IMG/VR virus record: IMGVR_UViG_3300008954_000007 | DNA from: a virus | DNA length: 64,000 nt | Direction: 5' to 3' (one strand) | Shown here: piece after piece, positions 49,501-57,700 of the stretch | Layout of the letters: every line of letters starts with the position of its first letter | How positions within the stretch are numbered: position 1 is the stretch's first letter | The notes under the pieces: generated by a model | What the model saw: the letters and a program-made list of their open reading frames with translations, nothing else | Database searches by the model: none | What the model was told of the DNA's origin: nothing | Program-made: the position numbers and the translations under genes

Positions 49501-51731
49501 ATATTAGTGTTATCCAGCATGTAGGTGTAATAGATACAGGAGTGTGGCAAGGAGATAGGATAGATGCAGCTTATTTAGATTTAACACCATTAAACATAGG
49601 AGAGGGTTTAAGACCAAGTTTTGATGGAGTCAATTTTACTGATTACAGTACTGGTAATTTTGGTCTTTTCAATACAGGTCTGAACTTTGAATGGAATGAA
49701 AATCAAATTGATGCACCTATACATGTTAAAACACTGGATGAGAATGCTGTTATTTTAGAAAGGTTAGTTGGGGATGAGCAAACACCTTCTAATATTCAAG
49801 CAGTTTCTTTAGTTTTTAGATCTTACAATAATGAAGATCATATAGAGTCAATATCTTCTGGTGGAGACTATAGTTATGGTGAGTCTACAGAAAATGGAGC
49901 CATCACTGGTAGATCTAAAGGACTAAGATTAAGAAATAGTGGGGGAACTTCTAGCTTACAACTACTAGAAAATGGAAATATTGCATTTAATTTAGGAGAA
50001 GATCCATCAGTTGATGATGACTTCTATTTTTCTGGTTCCAAACTTAGAATTAACAATCCAAGTGCAGGTGATGTTAATTTATATGTTTCTAGTAGTCAGT
50101 CTGACCAAGAGATTTTTACTGTTTATGAGGAAAGTCTTGGTGAAAGCACAACCAACAAAGGAACTTGGAAATTTGGAAAAACTTCTAATAATAATTTTGG
50201 TATTTTTAGAGATTTAGATGATTATGATATTGCTTCTACATTAATAGAAAATTATTCAGGAGCTAGATTAGTAATTATAGAAGATGATCCAAACAATGTT
50301 GGTTCTGGATGTCATTTAATTTTTAATAAGCATTCAGAAGTGGCAGAAAATTGGATCTCTACTGCATCTAAAAGATATTCAGCTATAGAATTAGGTAATG
50401 GATTTACCATTTACAATGAAGATAACAATGGTTCTAAATTTGGATTGGTTAGAGGTGCTTATTTTGGTATAAACGAAGAGGATTACCCCACCTGGAACTC
50501 TACTCAGACTTTTAATTCTGAAAGATTAGAGTTTAATGATGGAATTAAGTTTTTTGTTGCATCTACAAGCCTTGTTGACGAAGCAATTAATTATGATCAA
50601 CAAATGACTATTACTGATAGAGGTGTGGGTATATTTACACTTGAACCTGGATTAATTGGTGGTGATTCATCAAAACCAATTAGATTAGATGTTACTGGTA
50701 ATTTAAGAGTTACTGGTGGTTTATATAAGGGATCACTTGGGAGTGAAGTAAGATTACCTTTTGATGCTTGGACACCAGTAAATGACAATAATGATGATGA
50801 CATTTACCATTCTGTAGGTCAAGTTGCAATTGGAACTTCTACTACTCTTAATACAACTCTATCAGTTAAAAATACTGATCAAACTTTCTCTCCATTTCAA
50901 GTTAAAGGCGCATCTAATATAAATGCTCCTAATGGACTACCAGTTATAACAGTTACTGACGATCCTATTTATACAACAGTAGATGAAGGTTTACCTAATC
51001 CACAATATGCTTTATATGAAGAGCAACTTGCAATTAGTACTGCAGCAGCAGAAGCTTGGTTAGAAGAAAATAATTTAACTGAACCACCAAATCAATTTTT
51101 ACCTGGAGCAACTACACAATATAATCTTCACGATGTGACTGATGTCATCCCTGGATTTTCAGAAGATGATCCTTTAATAGATGTAGTTGGTGGTAGAGTA
51201 GGGATTAATGTTGCTAACCCATTGTTCCCACTAGAAGTTAGAGGAACAGTTTATATTGATGGAAATCTTTCTGTATCTGGTGGAATTAATGGTCAAGATT
51301 TTGGTGATTTTAGTTGGGATAATTCTGGACTTAGTTTAAATGATGCACAGTTAATTACAGTTGTTATAAATCCAGAGACAGGAGCACAAGAAACAAATCT
51401 TTCTGCTAATACAAAAAGATTTGTAATTGATCATCCAACTAAAAAAGGAAAAAAATTACAGCATGGAAGCCTTGAAGGGTCTGAATATGGAGTTTATTCT
51501 AGAGGAAAAAGTAAAGAAAAGATAATTTTATTGCCAGAATATTGGACAAAGCTAATTGATGATGATACAATTACAATTCAATTGACTCCAATAGGAAAGT
51601 TTCAACAGTTGTGGGTTGAAAAAATTGAGAGCAATATGATTTTTGTGGGTTCTGATCAAGAAGAAGTACACTATTATTTCTTCATAAATGCTGAAAGAAA
51701 AGATGTCAGTAAATTAGAGGTAGAAATTTAA
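34503..51731 (+). CDS. Giant tail fibre/adhesin-like protein (5742 aa)
   Basis: Repeated G.WQG..I, DQDL.TT..V.F and L.T..AIK..V motifs; VGI....P...L.V.G units; C-terminal KRFVIDHPTKKGKKLQHGSLEG domain of the kind seen at the ends of phage fibres; AGGAG RBS. Confidence 0.75.
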   Translation: MATLGTLSRSGYIKKSQQTYSIKGAPEDEKNFGLNTETPLAHLHIVGWGTTEVGSNGEKGGSIKLSYDDPSKIDSELPLDNISHLDIWVKDDNSQYITASKELHIQSDLGDIYIEPDLDVFIGNQDLTSYIEMRGRVFVDGGLTVRGVIDYHSRSDLAVEDASIFLNTPLYFFNTIDELEDMAEDATNVGGEDQAIARHEPSAEGLNGSGLKLIYGYAESENDYDPANGSKIALDDATDLETYDADALAYYHEHSGLYKPATKDFVYNSNGNGNGHWESNIPIKATELKVGESEVSIDDFISSIDTESETLDTSLVTASGIDTFVSDSIAHLFSHTIYSGNGIGDAKAKLSLSEDGSDSSFLFEIDDTDVFKITSDNNIKILQGYNLSFTENGHTVFDIKNPDASSWSSLTEGFSTNVLVTHYAVDSFVKQHVSDELAAFDMSFIISDDDVAKVETIGSTDPSINFIISDIGVINVDSNGLRIPSDITDDFDTWMTDLKEGDEPTEKYTGSNFSLNPGVEIRAIKRNSTQEEDAFNYLDIVDWDLEEDDVLLTQSAIKYKIGDITHQIVSQDTKAIVINENLDLSVEEKISIVYKTHEIAKFSNAGLEILSLGELDGLGVRTPVLYLGSGSTGATEIRNASNIDWENPSASALVTQEVLKDFVDSTVGNVTTVGTDGQSLAFEEDETIFYSDDNEVLYLSSNAVVLDRANDSEVEGNIFVEGLSFSDYLNDQGEVSDSHHIIRGVFTAQTFDDQVVGDWYDTNTDEQLPTQLSVKGFVTSVLTSTLLDYPQNQIYEVWSDQTTRSSITVRGDTESEDDPIINFTLDDTAGRLPDAVMTSSYFLLDLGLKLGRKVDDSPTDPTAQYLQDNKDSWSDDDSKSVSIATQNSIDLWIQDQLDGLDFTSIRTADSDGISRIASGNELARLEILDKNVALQTGFDSRKTFSFRTDDLQSVPHQVLIIDEDGISFFYTGTGDNPIWHGIPIRGFTNDPEDINIAQSNVPGSLELITPYAIKEFSNTYSKTSIGSERIDNVGFAKDDPLSGQVLVYSETSGNWENKSFASTTSTQIIVEDGTLDLFIKEEQIKNNHIAPDAEIEDSKLELISSANKVSASAFPIDTDTGLSTVLIGEGDDRFIEGEVLYELSLDNTQMAGYGLQFKSAEKELEVITDYTKSNYTSLPGAGSDLWWNNISRLTTTLSASSFLVHKDDGVGENVNQDGHSYGGNIYLPHRELNEPFRSSAYNDNGDQYYYDNDPFGQIRVLKPSPEFDYSDYIYRKKQALEGSEHPWGQKYDRNNNSLLDITEEGYLFDNSEPFQITKDYVDEDFIDQKLTFDTTLGVNRIAVTELSFYTAAGNVDSYDDITYLGTQAGGWSTVNGIKTGVTDEAQINMENPSQFLLASESAIVNLITDQMNVANEIFEQRDAKIFRDDESFYQYTIEESKAMLSPLSDGDLLMFREGLEKDVLGAVTTLSPGKWVNYKVAEDSHIIFDVDENPDAYYLLEYAQWLEDRRDPLGYWTYGFEDPNYTTEYQNWINTGSDGNPPERWWVENKWVQQAEDPSTGISWPVEQITENLYPNLTSSERRQISDDSYENRQYFQEENPSELRSPYFTSEEYLDLFYTAAGGAQFTFYLDSSNAPSEVSFPIGVLSKGSTITPTEITYVNLETGVITGSYDYRQYVFPNPGIHLNLRDLSITNDAIAVNAEIADYKLADISTPDKVLGTAVQLHPYTALENYIIEEALSPGSSLAQAGYSYEEGGLNSVGLRIKSSFAGQGLEMTEDNIMNISASLAHVTELGTLTIGNWQADPIEMEFIEDIDQSLLSSSTPSFAGIRLGSVAGGYHTISKFDDDGQLGGQVDENHLGDGFLPTQKAVRLFFDQRSDQDLKTTDSVTFTGLQIDVSSPVEIKHIFDDMSLTDEGNTGYLSESLATQGSIKAYVDLKSGDAADAVILSGLQDTSIQAPVVGQMLMYQELALGLGENNPKRWVNINIGTDNSDIEVDETNSFILRSNAVSNINIVPGAGISDSKLEQITTPGKVSGTAIQLSTFSSLTTRLEEGGALEISHNLVGTQTVTGLDFWHIDEDGNEELVSQGSGASLDLPRQEIRLNTESIEWQGNKFKLSHMDATFTNQALRTQDEVGFQSVDASSISVTNNMTIGGTLEVGDELTVDSDVTITGDLVVQGDGSQVELEVTHLFVDDSRVMFGTDPTEGPNNGVGFYGLYGGSSAQSEVSTVGLVYGESIYATNGNHGDIFYLFDTNNDIGVAPSWNLNLIANNLSTITSNRATLSANIIGNILTEVQEFNEINPSDGNDIDINELRVTSISTGVDPRITIAPKASGIALVVGNQLARYEGTWSGELIQREYLEGMSEDSVAEFKKLVLDHQEGGVYDSSFQLRGVEINEISKSGIWNSHESTQFGYGNDITTVTSSVPLDIEELAEFVHLHLRETGSFYYTDYANIGSSDDFSDGDIKQHEYLSGSDPVNLDDELVTKGMLVEFLNNISINNLVDVVTHEKHIDYNQISSTNYTSNIRWRALNNAEPFTLNEFNVGGGDFDAKIKSDDNYSDDRVESFGSVLFYVNVDQHERYDTNNEQGDMYPKFDYKDNIKHTHPTFFGNLNKKYNDSGAWIPRRIEDMVWKGSWQGDPISNDYIGGINQDLLTSSSVVFHELELSTAGGFSPSLTLPSTKSVNDKAVINKINDDVIELGSNLTIDTSTGGYVEDNYLVTESVLRTYVHETLTEGSELKVEAMGDVQFDLDHIDNFKLWVRYLNQGEIHTEQHRTYPPTHNAYLYANFIVSRGSIPVFFKEQDVDFDHELTTPSLGGLNPTIRSILFSSNSQINFSLPQNVVQYYGKTLSSGIPNDPTGFVSGNRAITANYSSAPPINVDYTDDHNYASGSWDFVPVDEDIERFNSLHNSIFPKTISDIRDHLGNVDDGNGGWIDGSDGSIEIVLRVVDLDKDLSGEPSVQDFISDDEAQFVVKFNSLADWWNRLISVEASEYAGEQPGDVFQVDGYESFRWKLQRSIEGYLDSLLEDPSLTIDNQSSLNQQRDIRANDKDLLLFDYDLVSTATGEQGTWTTSTDLSIDTLKLYDWENTRTEVVPSGDEFINIDTGRTYSSDYVKSENIVIDGANVSLHLGENAYFYTVQDLPSYLLEEDEITTISKVSRTIERYNNNDKTLVTEKAIFDHIRESLNTLELKDINIKYDVFSILNNYTHPNNNLSDNNLSYWELDHVDFQNDTVKERPKFTMMEVKSEWDSHVGNTNIKLPVGHQTNGVDASSSTNEYHSLQDWQKYEFNVYTQLTARVDDFYISVLQNSWSSRYSWRSHYTGYSKGMPGYDWSDSSSFSDIEAYMHGENDDNPGVISFNYLPQSINIKDKDLSPLSPVYSYRYNYGNSAYPDYRRLGGISLDHIGFLDKYAQKAYVDQSNLDDNNNIQWNQDDPDGNDDDWKGLFSSSLLRLGEDLELHNSFLEVDTKEYDDNTYARYNKFRRSHDVLKVDVHSLVSPTSSRITQGYYGHSDDQFLYDDASTYRVSDGSGGYDYDVDSFESGLEVVSYKYSPYIYHYSGSGNSYRRRIGDSNSPGDSLGDDGVGSADFIRTSPNQQHHPLVTFNSIEVKNDLILGSQENTDYADYIAASDQAQWLIDNGLTEPPEPTVPLLGLSSSGVLTAQEYRGVWRGDPLKQEDLDDSFLDQDLTTVSSPNFLKIGVGPLWNQASTNWANWSYLSEFGIVAQGGILVRKDVDAGTDNALVVTEGLKIKDMTSGYGLTSNGGNVLGGENILNPEGFSDAVSLPYTIEYNDEDTGELITENHTFSEIIPTINYITNNPDFFNVFNPNSNTFKDTESLATVYAIKSYIEAKTGISPNLSALGDTYFVDLMEVTSSGDALWFPLFNKDKIVGGSEGVGKWVNRKFGGDIILSDPHFALEGGLEPKTAEFKIVNIDDGIVPINEGASGLEDVNGLRIKTDIAGEGLLVDASSSSTSTPEEYANFLALGTPNYMTVRVVEVPAGMIRATGEYGDPVTDFATGNGSSSDYEFVSGNEQWWYLSSYGFLPDALKESNTGGFSVGDVITIHTTDSNFNFSSTEYITLLEYFREAFQAHFGDQTSNDFILNFNSSGLIWEGRGFTLSDVRSGLEDGDQWVDQDLKTTDDVEFKSIVIDTQTSVNTLTISDGNITLETYHDPIGIGNDYHNFIDLNVDGDGYIKSNGLQIYETRTHQQQQNSSATITKEGALTALSISSDSITTDELAAREIQSDGNLSIGKDFKVGSNVNITSYYEEDPITDSYTNLVNFESSSGLNLRDFYYVNTDAQGDLTIRRQDRELLEAPFIDESLTGDQLLEEEKKHENLLAEAGHTVLDTKSLIVNTSLIKLSSRNITIDGEAPFGNIANDNHDIGFYANYRDASSEVDKITGLFRQHSDGLNEGEAGRRKGEYYLFDVPRFVRGYRKTRKYTERYKAYQTLVEYISISSNYHADSNPKGQSEGYYVNHFHSMFKHQHIEGDGQYEPNPYWYPEILFDYTTRALYTPSTDPSSEGFDDTSGISWFVGEWTQSGNSTQYHVDLPTIKDYNDGMVYAGTASPYGSHQAENTSLKDYFDGLLSWKDAYDHNSTLSPIEVGGVVDSSHPDWMVPGSEGINAIYEYDESHSLSEKDSDKAWFGYVLEDMPGELEYEAYNDPYDPAPLSGYDLTDIGNPDNTQSGTQTASETPAPNSYSEFDNFNEILGKEIYTAFVGDYGVGSHIYKWYRKSGEDMAPPQEYEYIDTPEGRQYSYEVNSTVSIEMAYLDRLEDVEDVTGYWDTPYRRVDGKDIIKFTTEFGNFLNTPKVQYRYSPTEDYPFEIITGSPHFYIYQEPDYTDHDLVGKYRYLWLVKGEGDQADRVTTLTPEEFSEIYGGNVNSIVPLLREFTDDKYNPRDFQLAKLNAVLSEDSKWKGQKIEFEYIDEELTSKIQEADTHRGRLDNPHNVTSNQIQDFDDNVSELLNVFTGDIRTDEQQDSNNSEYIDPSNPSDISVIQHVGVIDTGVWQGDRIDAAYLDLTPLNIGEGLRPSFDGVNFTDYSTGNFGLFNTGLNFEWNENQIDAPIHVKTLDENAVILERLVGDEQTPSNIQAVSLVFRSYNNEDHIESISSGGDYSYGESTENGAITGRSKGLRLRNSGGTSSLQLLENGNIAFNLGEDPSVDDDFYFSGSKLRINNPSAGDVNLYVSSSQSDQEIFTVYEESLGESTTNKGTWKFGKTSNNNFGIFRDLDDYDIASTLIENYSGARLVIIEDDPNNVGSGCHLIFNKHSEVAENWISTASKRYSAIELGNGFTIYNEDNNGSKFGLVRGAYFGINEEDYPTWNSTQTFNSERLEFNDGIKFFVASTSLVDEAINYDQQMTITDRGVGIFTLEPGLIGGDSSKPIRLDVTGNLRVTGGLYKGSLGSEVRLPFDAWTPVNDNNDDDIYHSVGQVAIGTSTTLNTTLSVKNTDQTFSPFQVKGASNINAPNGLPVITVTDDPIYTTVDEGLPNPQYALYEEQLAISTAAAEAWLEENNLTEPPNQFLPGATTQYNLHDVTDVIPGFSEDDPLIDVVGGRVGINVANPLFPLEVRGTVYIDGNLSVSGGINGQDFGDFSWDNSGLSLNDAQLITVVINPETGAQETNLSANTKRFVIDHPTKKGKKLQHGSLEGSEYGVYSRGKSKEKIILLPEYWTKLIDDDTITIQLTPIGKFQQLWVEKIESNMIFVGSDQEEVHYYFFINAERKDVSKLEVEI

Positions 51732-51732
51732 A

Positions 51733-54700
51733 ATGGCTAAAGACATTGTAATACAACCTTTATTAGGAAAAATTGATTTTCAAGATGACGTTGGTGGTAG
51801 TTATGCTACTAATAGCAATTTTTTAATTGCTGATGATGGAACCACTACTCTAAGTCTGAATAAAAATAATGGTGGGGCAATTCCAACTATTGATTCTGTG
51901 GCTAATGTTGCCTTAGATATTGATGGTTCTCTTGCTATTACAGATAAATTCATTCAAAATGGAGTTCATCGACCTTATGACAGTGCTTTCTTTGGTGTTT
52001 TAAGAGAAGAAGGAAGTAATGGTGATAAAAGAGCATACTATGAAGGTGGTATGTTGGGCGTTGGTGACTTTTCTTCAAGTGCACCCATTGCAGCTTTAGA
52101 TGTAATTGGGTCGATTCATGCTTCTGGTGACATTACAAGTGTTAATGTTAATTTCACTGGAGAGCTACAAGACAATGGTACTAAAGTTGAGTTAGAAAAA
52201 CTAGACTTTTTTGATAAACCCTCAGATACAGTTACTACAACCCACAACCTACAAGCTGCTGACATCACAGCTACAGGTGCAGTAATTGTTCAAGGTAATT
52301 TGACTGTTGAAGGCACTACTACCACAATAGAGTCTTCCACCCTAGCCATTGATGATAAAAACATCGTACTTGGTAGATCTGATGATTCAACTAATGATGC
52401 ATCAGCACAAGGTGGTGGTCTTACATTAAGTAATGACGCAAATGGCGATAAGACTATTGCATGGTCTGCTACAGGTTCAAATCACATTTCAGCTTGGGAA
52501 TTTAGTGAAACAGTTGTAGTAGCTGGTGATGTAGATTTTACAGGTGCATTAAAGAAAAATGGTGTAGCCATTGATTTTGCTTCAGAATCAGGAGTTATTT
52601 GGTCTGAAATTCCTGGTGAAGCTATTGACTTAACTAGTGCTACACAAACTGCTTATGGGTCAAGTGGTCAGTTAGAGTTAAATTCTACTCAAATAAAAAG
52701 TGGAACATCTGCAACTGATAATATTTCAGATCTTGCCAATATTACAATTAGTGGTGATTTTGAGATTACTCTTACTCCAAATGTAGCAGAGACTATGGGT
52801 AGTTCTGCTGCAGTTAATTTTCTATTTGTGTCTGAATCACTTGGTGTTCCAACCAGTGGTGGTGGTGGTGTATATCCCAATTTTGGTACATTAGTACATA
52901 TTGGACATTATCCAAGTGAAAACAGATCTAGGATCTATAACTTAGCTACTGAAAATTGGCCTGTTAACTCCTTAAGTTATCGTATTATTTATACATCAAG
53001 TAGTAGGGTTTTGGTTGTTTTAGATGATGGTGGAAATTTAATAATACAGACCACAATGCCTGGAACAGGTGGAATTTTATTTGGTGTTCAGGGTTATAAT
53101 GTAGATCAACACACCAATGGCTTAGTAGCTACTTATTCAGGGTTTATTGGTGCTGCATCAATTGATACAGCTACATACACAGGTGATGTTTCAACCACTG
53201 GTAACATTAAACTAGGTGGAGATTTATTAAATTCAGCAACTGGTGGAAATTATGTTGATGAAAGAATCAATGTAAAAAATGATGGTTCTGACGCTTATTT
53301 AGCTGGAAAACTATCTATAGGTAGTTCTGCTAATGCTACCAATAATGATAATTATGACTTAAGTGTTCTTGGTTCGTTGAATTATGGAACTCTCCACGCA
53401 GATGGAAATCAAATTGATTATGGTACTGATTTTGGTCAGTGGAGTCTTAGTGGGTCTAGCTTAACTACTGCATCTGGTAATAATTTAGGTCTTGGTGGTG
53501 CTGCCAATGCATCTTATAAATTAAAAGTAACTGGAGATTCTCATGTTACTGGCAGTTTATATTATGGTGCTTCAGCAACTCTCATAGAAGATTTTATAGT
53601 TACTAGTAAAACATCAGCTATTAACTATTTAATTAAAGATGGTAGTGATAATTTAAGTTATAGTGATGGTGATTTAACTATAGATAGCACCATTAGTGCA
53701 GATACAGTTACAGCATCCAATATAGATTTCACTAGTAGTTTACAAAAAAATGGTTCTGCTTTAACCCTAAAATCAGGTGACTTTGGCGTTTGGGAATCTG
53801 CTGGAGCTAGTGTTTCTTTACCAGTTCCTGCTACTCAAGGAATAGATATTTCTTCTTTCATTACATCTGCTGGTAACACTAAAGTTTTTGGAGTAACCAA
53901 TAGTGGTTTTTATTTTCTTGCTAACGATAATCTGTATTTATATAACTTCTCTACAGGAAGTGTCAGTACTATTCAACAAAACTTAGAGAATACTATTGAT
54001 GGTGATGGTGCGACTACTACTTATGGTGTAAATACTCATGAATCCATAATAAAAACTGTTTCTTCAGGTGATGAATATTTTGCATGGTCAAATCGTCAGA
54101 CTAGTAAATTTTATGTTTACAACATAACAAATGGTTTTACTCAACTTAATGACAGCACTGTTAATTTTTCATCATTGGGTTTAACTAACGATGTACATAT
54201 TAAGCAATTGATTCCAGATCCTTCTGGAACTGAATGGAATGATTTTGCTCTACACAGTTATAGTGAAGATGCTATTAAACACGCTAATAAAAAGTGGACA
54301 ATAAACTATAGCACTGATCTTATAGACGATCTTATAGGTCTTGATTCTACTGGTAGGTTGTTTTACTCTACTAGCAGTGGTTCTTTAGCTTATGTAGATG
54401 TCAGCAGCTTAAGTAATGATCAAGTTGTTAATTTAGATGACTTAAGTCCAGTTACAGTTACTACTCTATTTAGTTCCTATACAGATAGTAATGGCAGGTT
54501 CCAAATCACATCTCAGATAATAGAGTCTTCTGGTAGTCCACAAACTATTTTAACTGACACTTCTGATAATTTTTGTCATCTCTATGATTTGTTGACAGGG
54601 GATGTGGTTACTGATCTTATAGATGGTATTTTTGATGTGGGTAATGGACTTGAACCTATAGGTGGAAGTAATTATTCGTTTGTAGCTTATAACCCTTCAA

Positions 54701-57700
54701 ATGATGAAACAGCTTGGATGGGCAATAGTAAACATGTCTATACAACAGGGGCAATTATTGGTGGACAGGTTATTCATAGTCAAGCTTCTGTTGCTATTGG
54801 AAAAACAGCACCAGATTATGCTCTAGATGTTGTTGGAGATATTAACATAGAGGGTGGAAAGCTTTATCAAGATGGTGCAGAAGTTGTTACTGGTACATTG
54901 GCTACTATTAACTTCTTGCAAATGATAGGTGATGAAGCTGCCAGTACAGAATTTTTATATACAGATGCACCTTTCCAAATTGGTCAAAGAGATGCTTCAT
55001 CTTCTCATGCCACTTCAGCTACTTTTACATCAGGTGTTCTTCTTGAAGTTGATGGTCACATTGAAGCAGCTAATAATATTTTAGCAGCAGGAGCAATTTT
55101 TACTAATTCCATCACTACTGGTGGATTAGATACTGGATCTGGAAATATTGTTACTACAGGTCAAGTTGCGATAGGTGATGGTGCGACTACAGGAACATAT
55201 GGTCTAGAAATTCAAGATGGATTGAACGTTAAAGGTGGATTCTACAACAATGGTGGAAGTGCCTTAAAAGTTGAAGCACTAGATTTTTGGGTAAATAGTG
55301 GTGACAATAGTGAAAAACTATCAACTAGATCAGCTACTGATAACATTACTAAAGTAGGTATTGGTGTAGCAGATCCAACTAGTGCTTTAGAAGTATCTGG
55401 AGACATCAATATCGTAAGTGGTAGTCTTCTAATTGATGGCACAGCATTAGTAGTAGATCCTTATTTCAATGTTAACGAAGATGGTCATCTAACCCTGCTT
55501 GCCAAAGATAATGGTGAAGATCCAAATACAGGTAGATCATTAAGTGTTGGTTCTACAGATACTAATAGTGTTCCAAGTGCAACATTAGATGTTACAGGAG
55601 ATATATTGGCTTCTGGAGACATTACATTTAATGGAAACTTAAAAAATGGCAATAATACTCTGACAATTGCAGCCCTGGATTATTGGACTGAAGGTTCAGG
55701 AAATCTAACTAGAGGATCTGGTGATGTAATTATCTCTAGTGGAGATTTAAGTGTTAGTGGAAATGTTGATATTGGAGCAGGGGGTCAATTCTTAAGAGAT
55801 GGAACGCCTATTGACTTCAACGCAGAGGGTGGATCTTTATGGACTTTAGGAACTAATAATGACCTTACTTCTGGAGCTAGTAAAGTAGGTATAGGAACAG
55901 GTTCTACCACACCACTATCAGAACAACTAGAGGTTGATGGAAACATTAAGTTCACAGGTGACCTCAAGCAAGTTGTTGATGGTGTTACCACCACAGTAGA
56001 TTTACTTAATGTTTGGTCTTCAAGTGGTGAGACATTTACATATAATCTATTAACTGGAGATAATTCTACTGTTTTTGAAGCATATTCATCTGCAACTGAT
56101 CCAAGTTATTCTGCGAATGTAATCACTCACAGTGGCACACTTCAGATTCAAAGTATTCTTCCAGTAACAGAGATGAGCCTAGATTATAGAGTTACTCAAT
56201 CTATTCAAGGAACCCATCTAGGTTATAAATGGCGTGTTAATGTTATTGAGAATGGTGTGGTAGATGCTCAAAATTCTTTTTATTTAAATATTTCATCGCA
56301 CACAGTTAGTCCTGAAATATTTACACGATTAGACTTTGTCTCAACAGTAAATGGTGTAGGTGGTTATTCAGAACATCCTGGCTCTTCTCCATACCTAAAT
56401 GACTCTGCAGTTTTTAATTATGATGGTGCAGGTAATTTCACATTTGGTAAGTCATCTTCCCAAGTAACAAAATCTATACCAGAATGGGCAGGAAAAACAC
56501 TGCAGATTATATTCGATGGTTCATCAAATCTTTCATCAGGTGGTGTTAATTGTGGTGCAAAACAACTTACTTTTGATAGTGGAACGTTAGTTGTTACAAC
56601 AGGAGCTTTAACAGCTACTTTTGAAGGTTCTGTCTCAGCAGAAGGTGGACTAACTATAGGTGGAGACATCTCAGGTGCTGGCATAACAGGAACTGGTTTA
56701 ACTCTAGGTGCTGGAAACATTACTACTACTGGAACTATTGGATCAGGAGCAATCACCAGTTCAGGTTTATTATCAGGTGTTGGAGCAGAATTGGGTGGTG
56801 GTAACATCACTAATGCTGGAACTATTAGTTCAGGACAAATCACTAGCACAGGATCACTATCAGGAACTAGTTTATCATTAGCTGATGGTGGTATTACTAA
56901 TACTGGTGCAATTATTGGAGCTACTACCATAGTGGCATCTAGTTCAATTGAAGGTGGTAGTTTAGACATATCTGGTGTAGCAGAAGTTGGATCATTAACT
57001 ACTACAGGTTCAATTGCAGGTGGTGCTCTTTCTGGTACTGGATTAACCCTAACTAATGGAAACATTTCAGATGTCACAAATATCACAGCAGGTGGGTTTG
57101 TAAAAGCAACTGGTGCTCTAGAAGGGGCTACTTTAGCACTAACTAATGCAAGTATTGTTTCTGATGGAAGTATTACAGCTACTAGTCTAGATCTAAATGA
57201 TGGTGGAATAGTTGATGCTGGAGCCATAAGTGGTTCAAGCCTTGCTTTAGGATCTGGATCTATTGGTAGTGGTGCAATAACTAGTACTGGAACAGTTCAA
57301 GGAACCAGTTTAGTAGCATCTGCTGGTGGAGTACAGGCTACTGGAAATATTATTTCATCTGCTGGTAACGTAGAAGGTGTAGATGTCACAGCTAGTGGAA
57401 CTCTTGGTGGGTCTATTCTTAATGTAGATACCATTAATCTATCAGGTGCATTTAGTCAAAATAATCAAGTAATTGACTTCACTCATGTGTGGAATACAGA
57501 GATTGTAGATGCTGCTGGAGCAAGTGGTGGTGTTCAGTCTGAAAGTTTTGATTTGGATGAGCACTTTATTGACATAGAAGAGCCAAACCACATGGGTGTC
57601 ATTAAATATGGTGAAAGTACAACCACCTATGTCCAAAGAGTGAATGCAGGTACACAGAATACTCATGATAATTTTACAGTTAAGTCTGGAATTTTCATGT

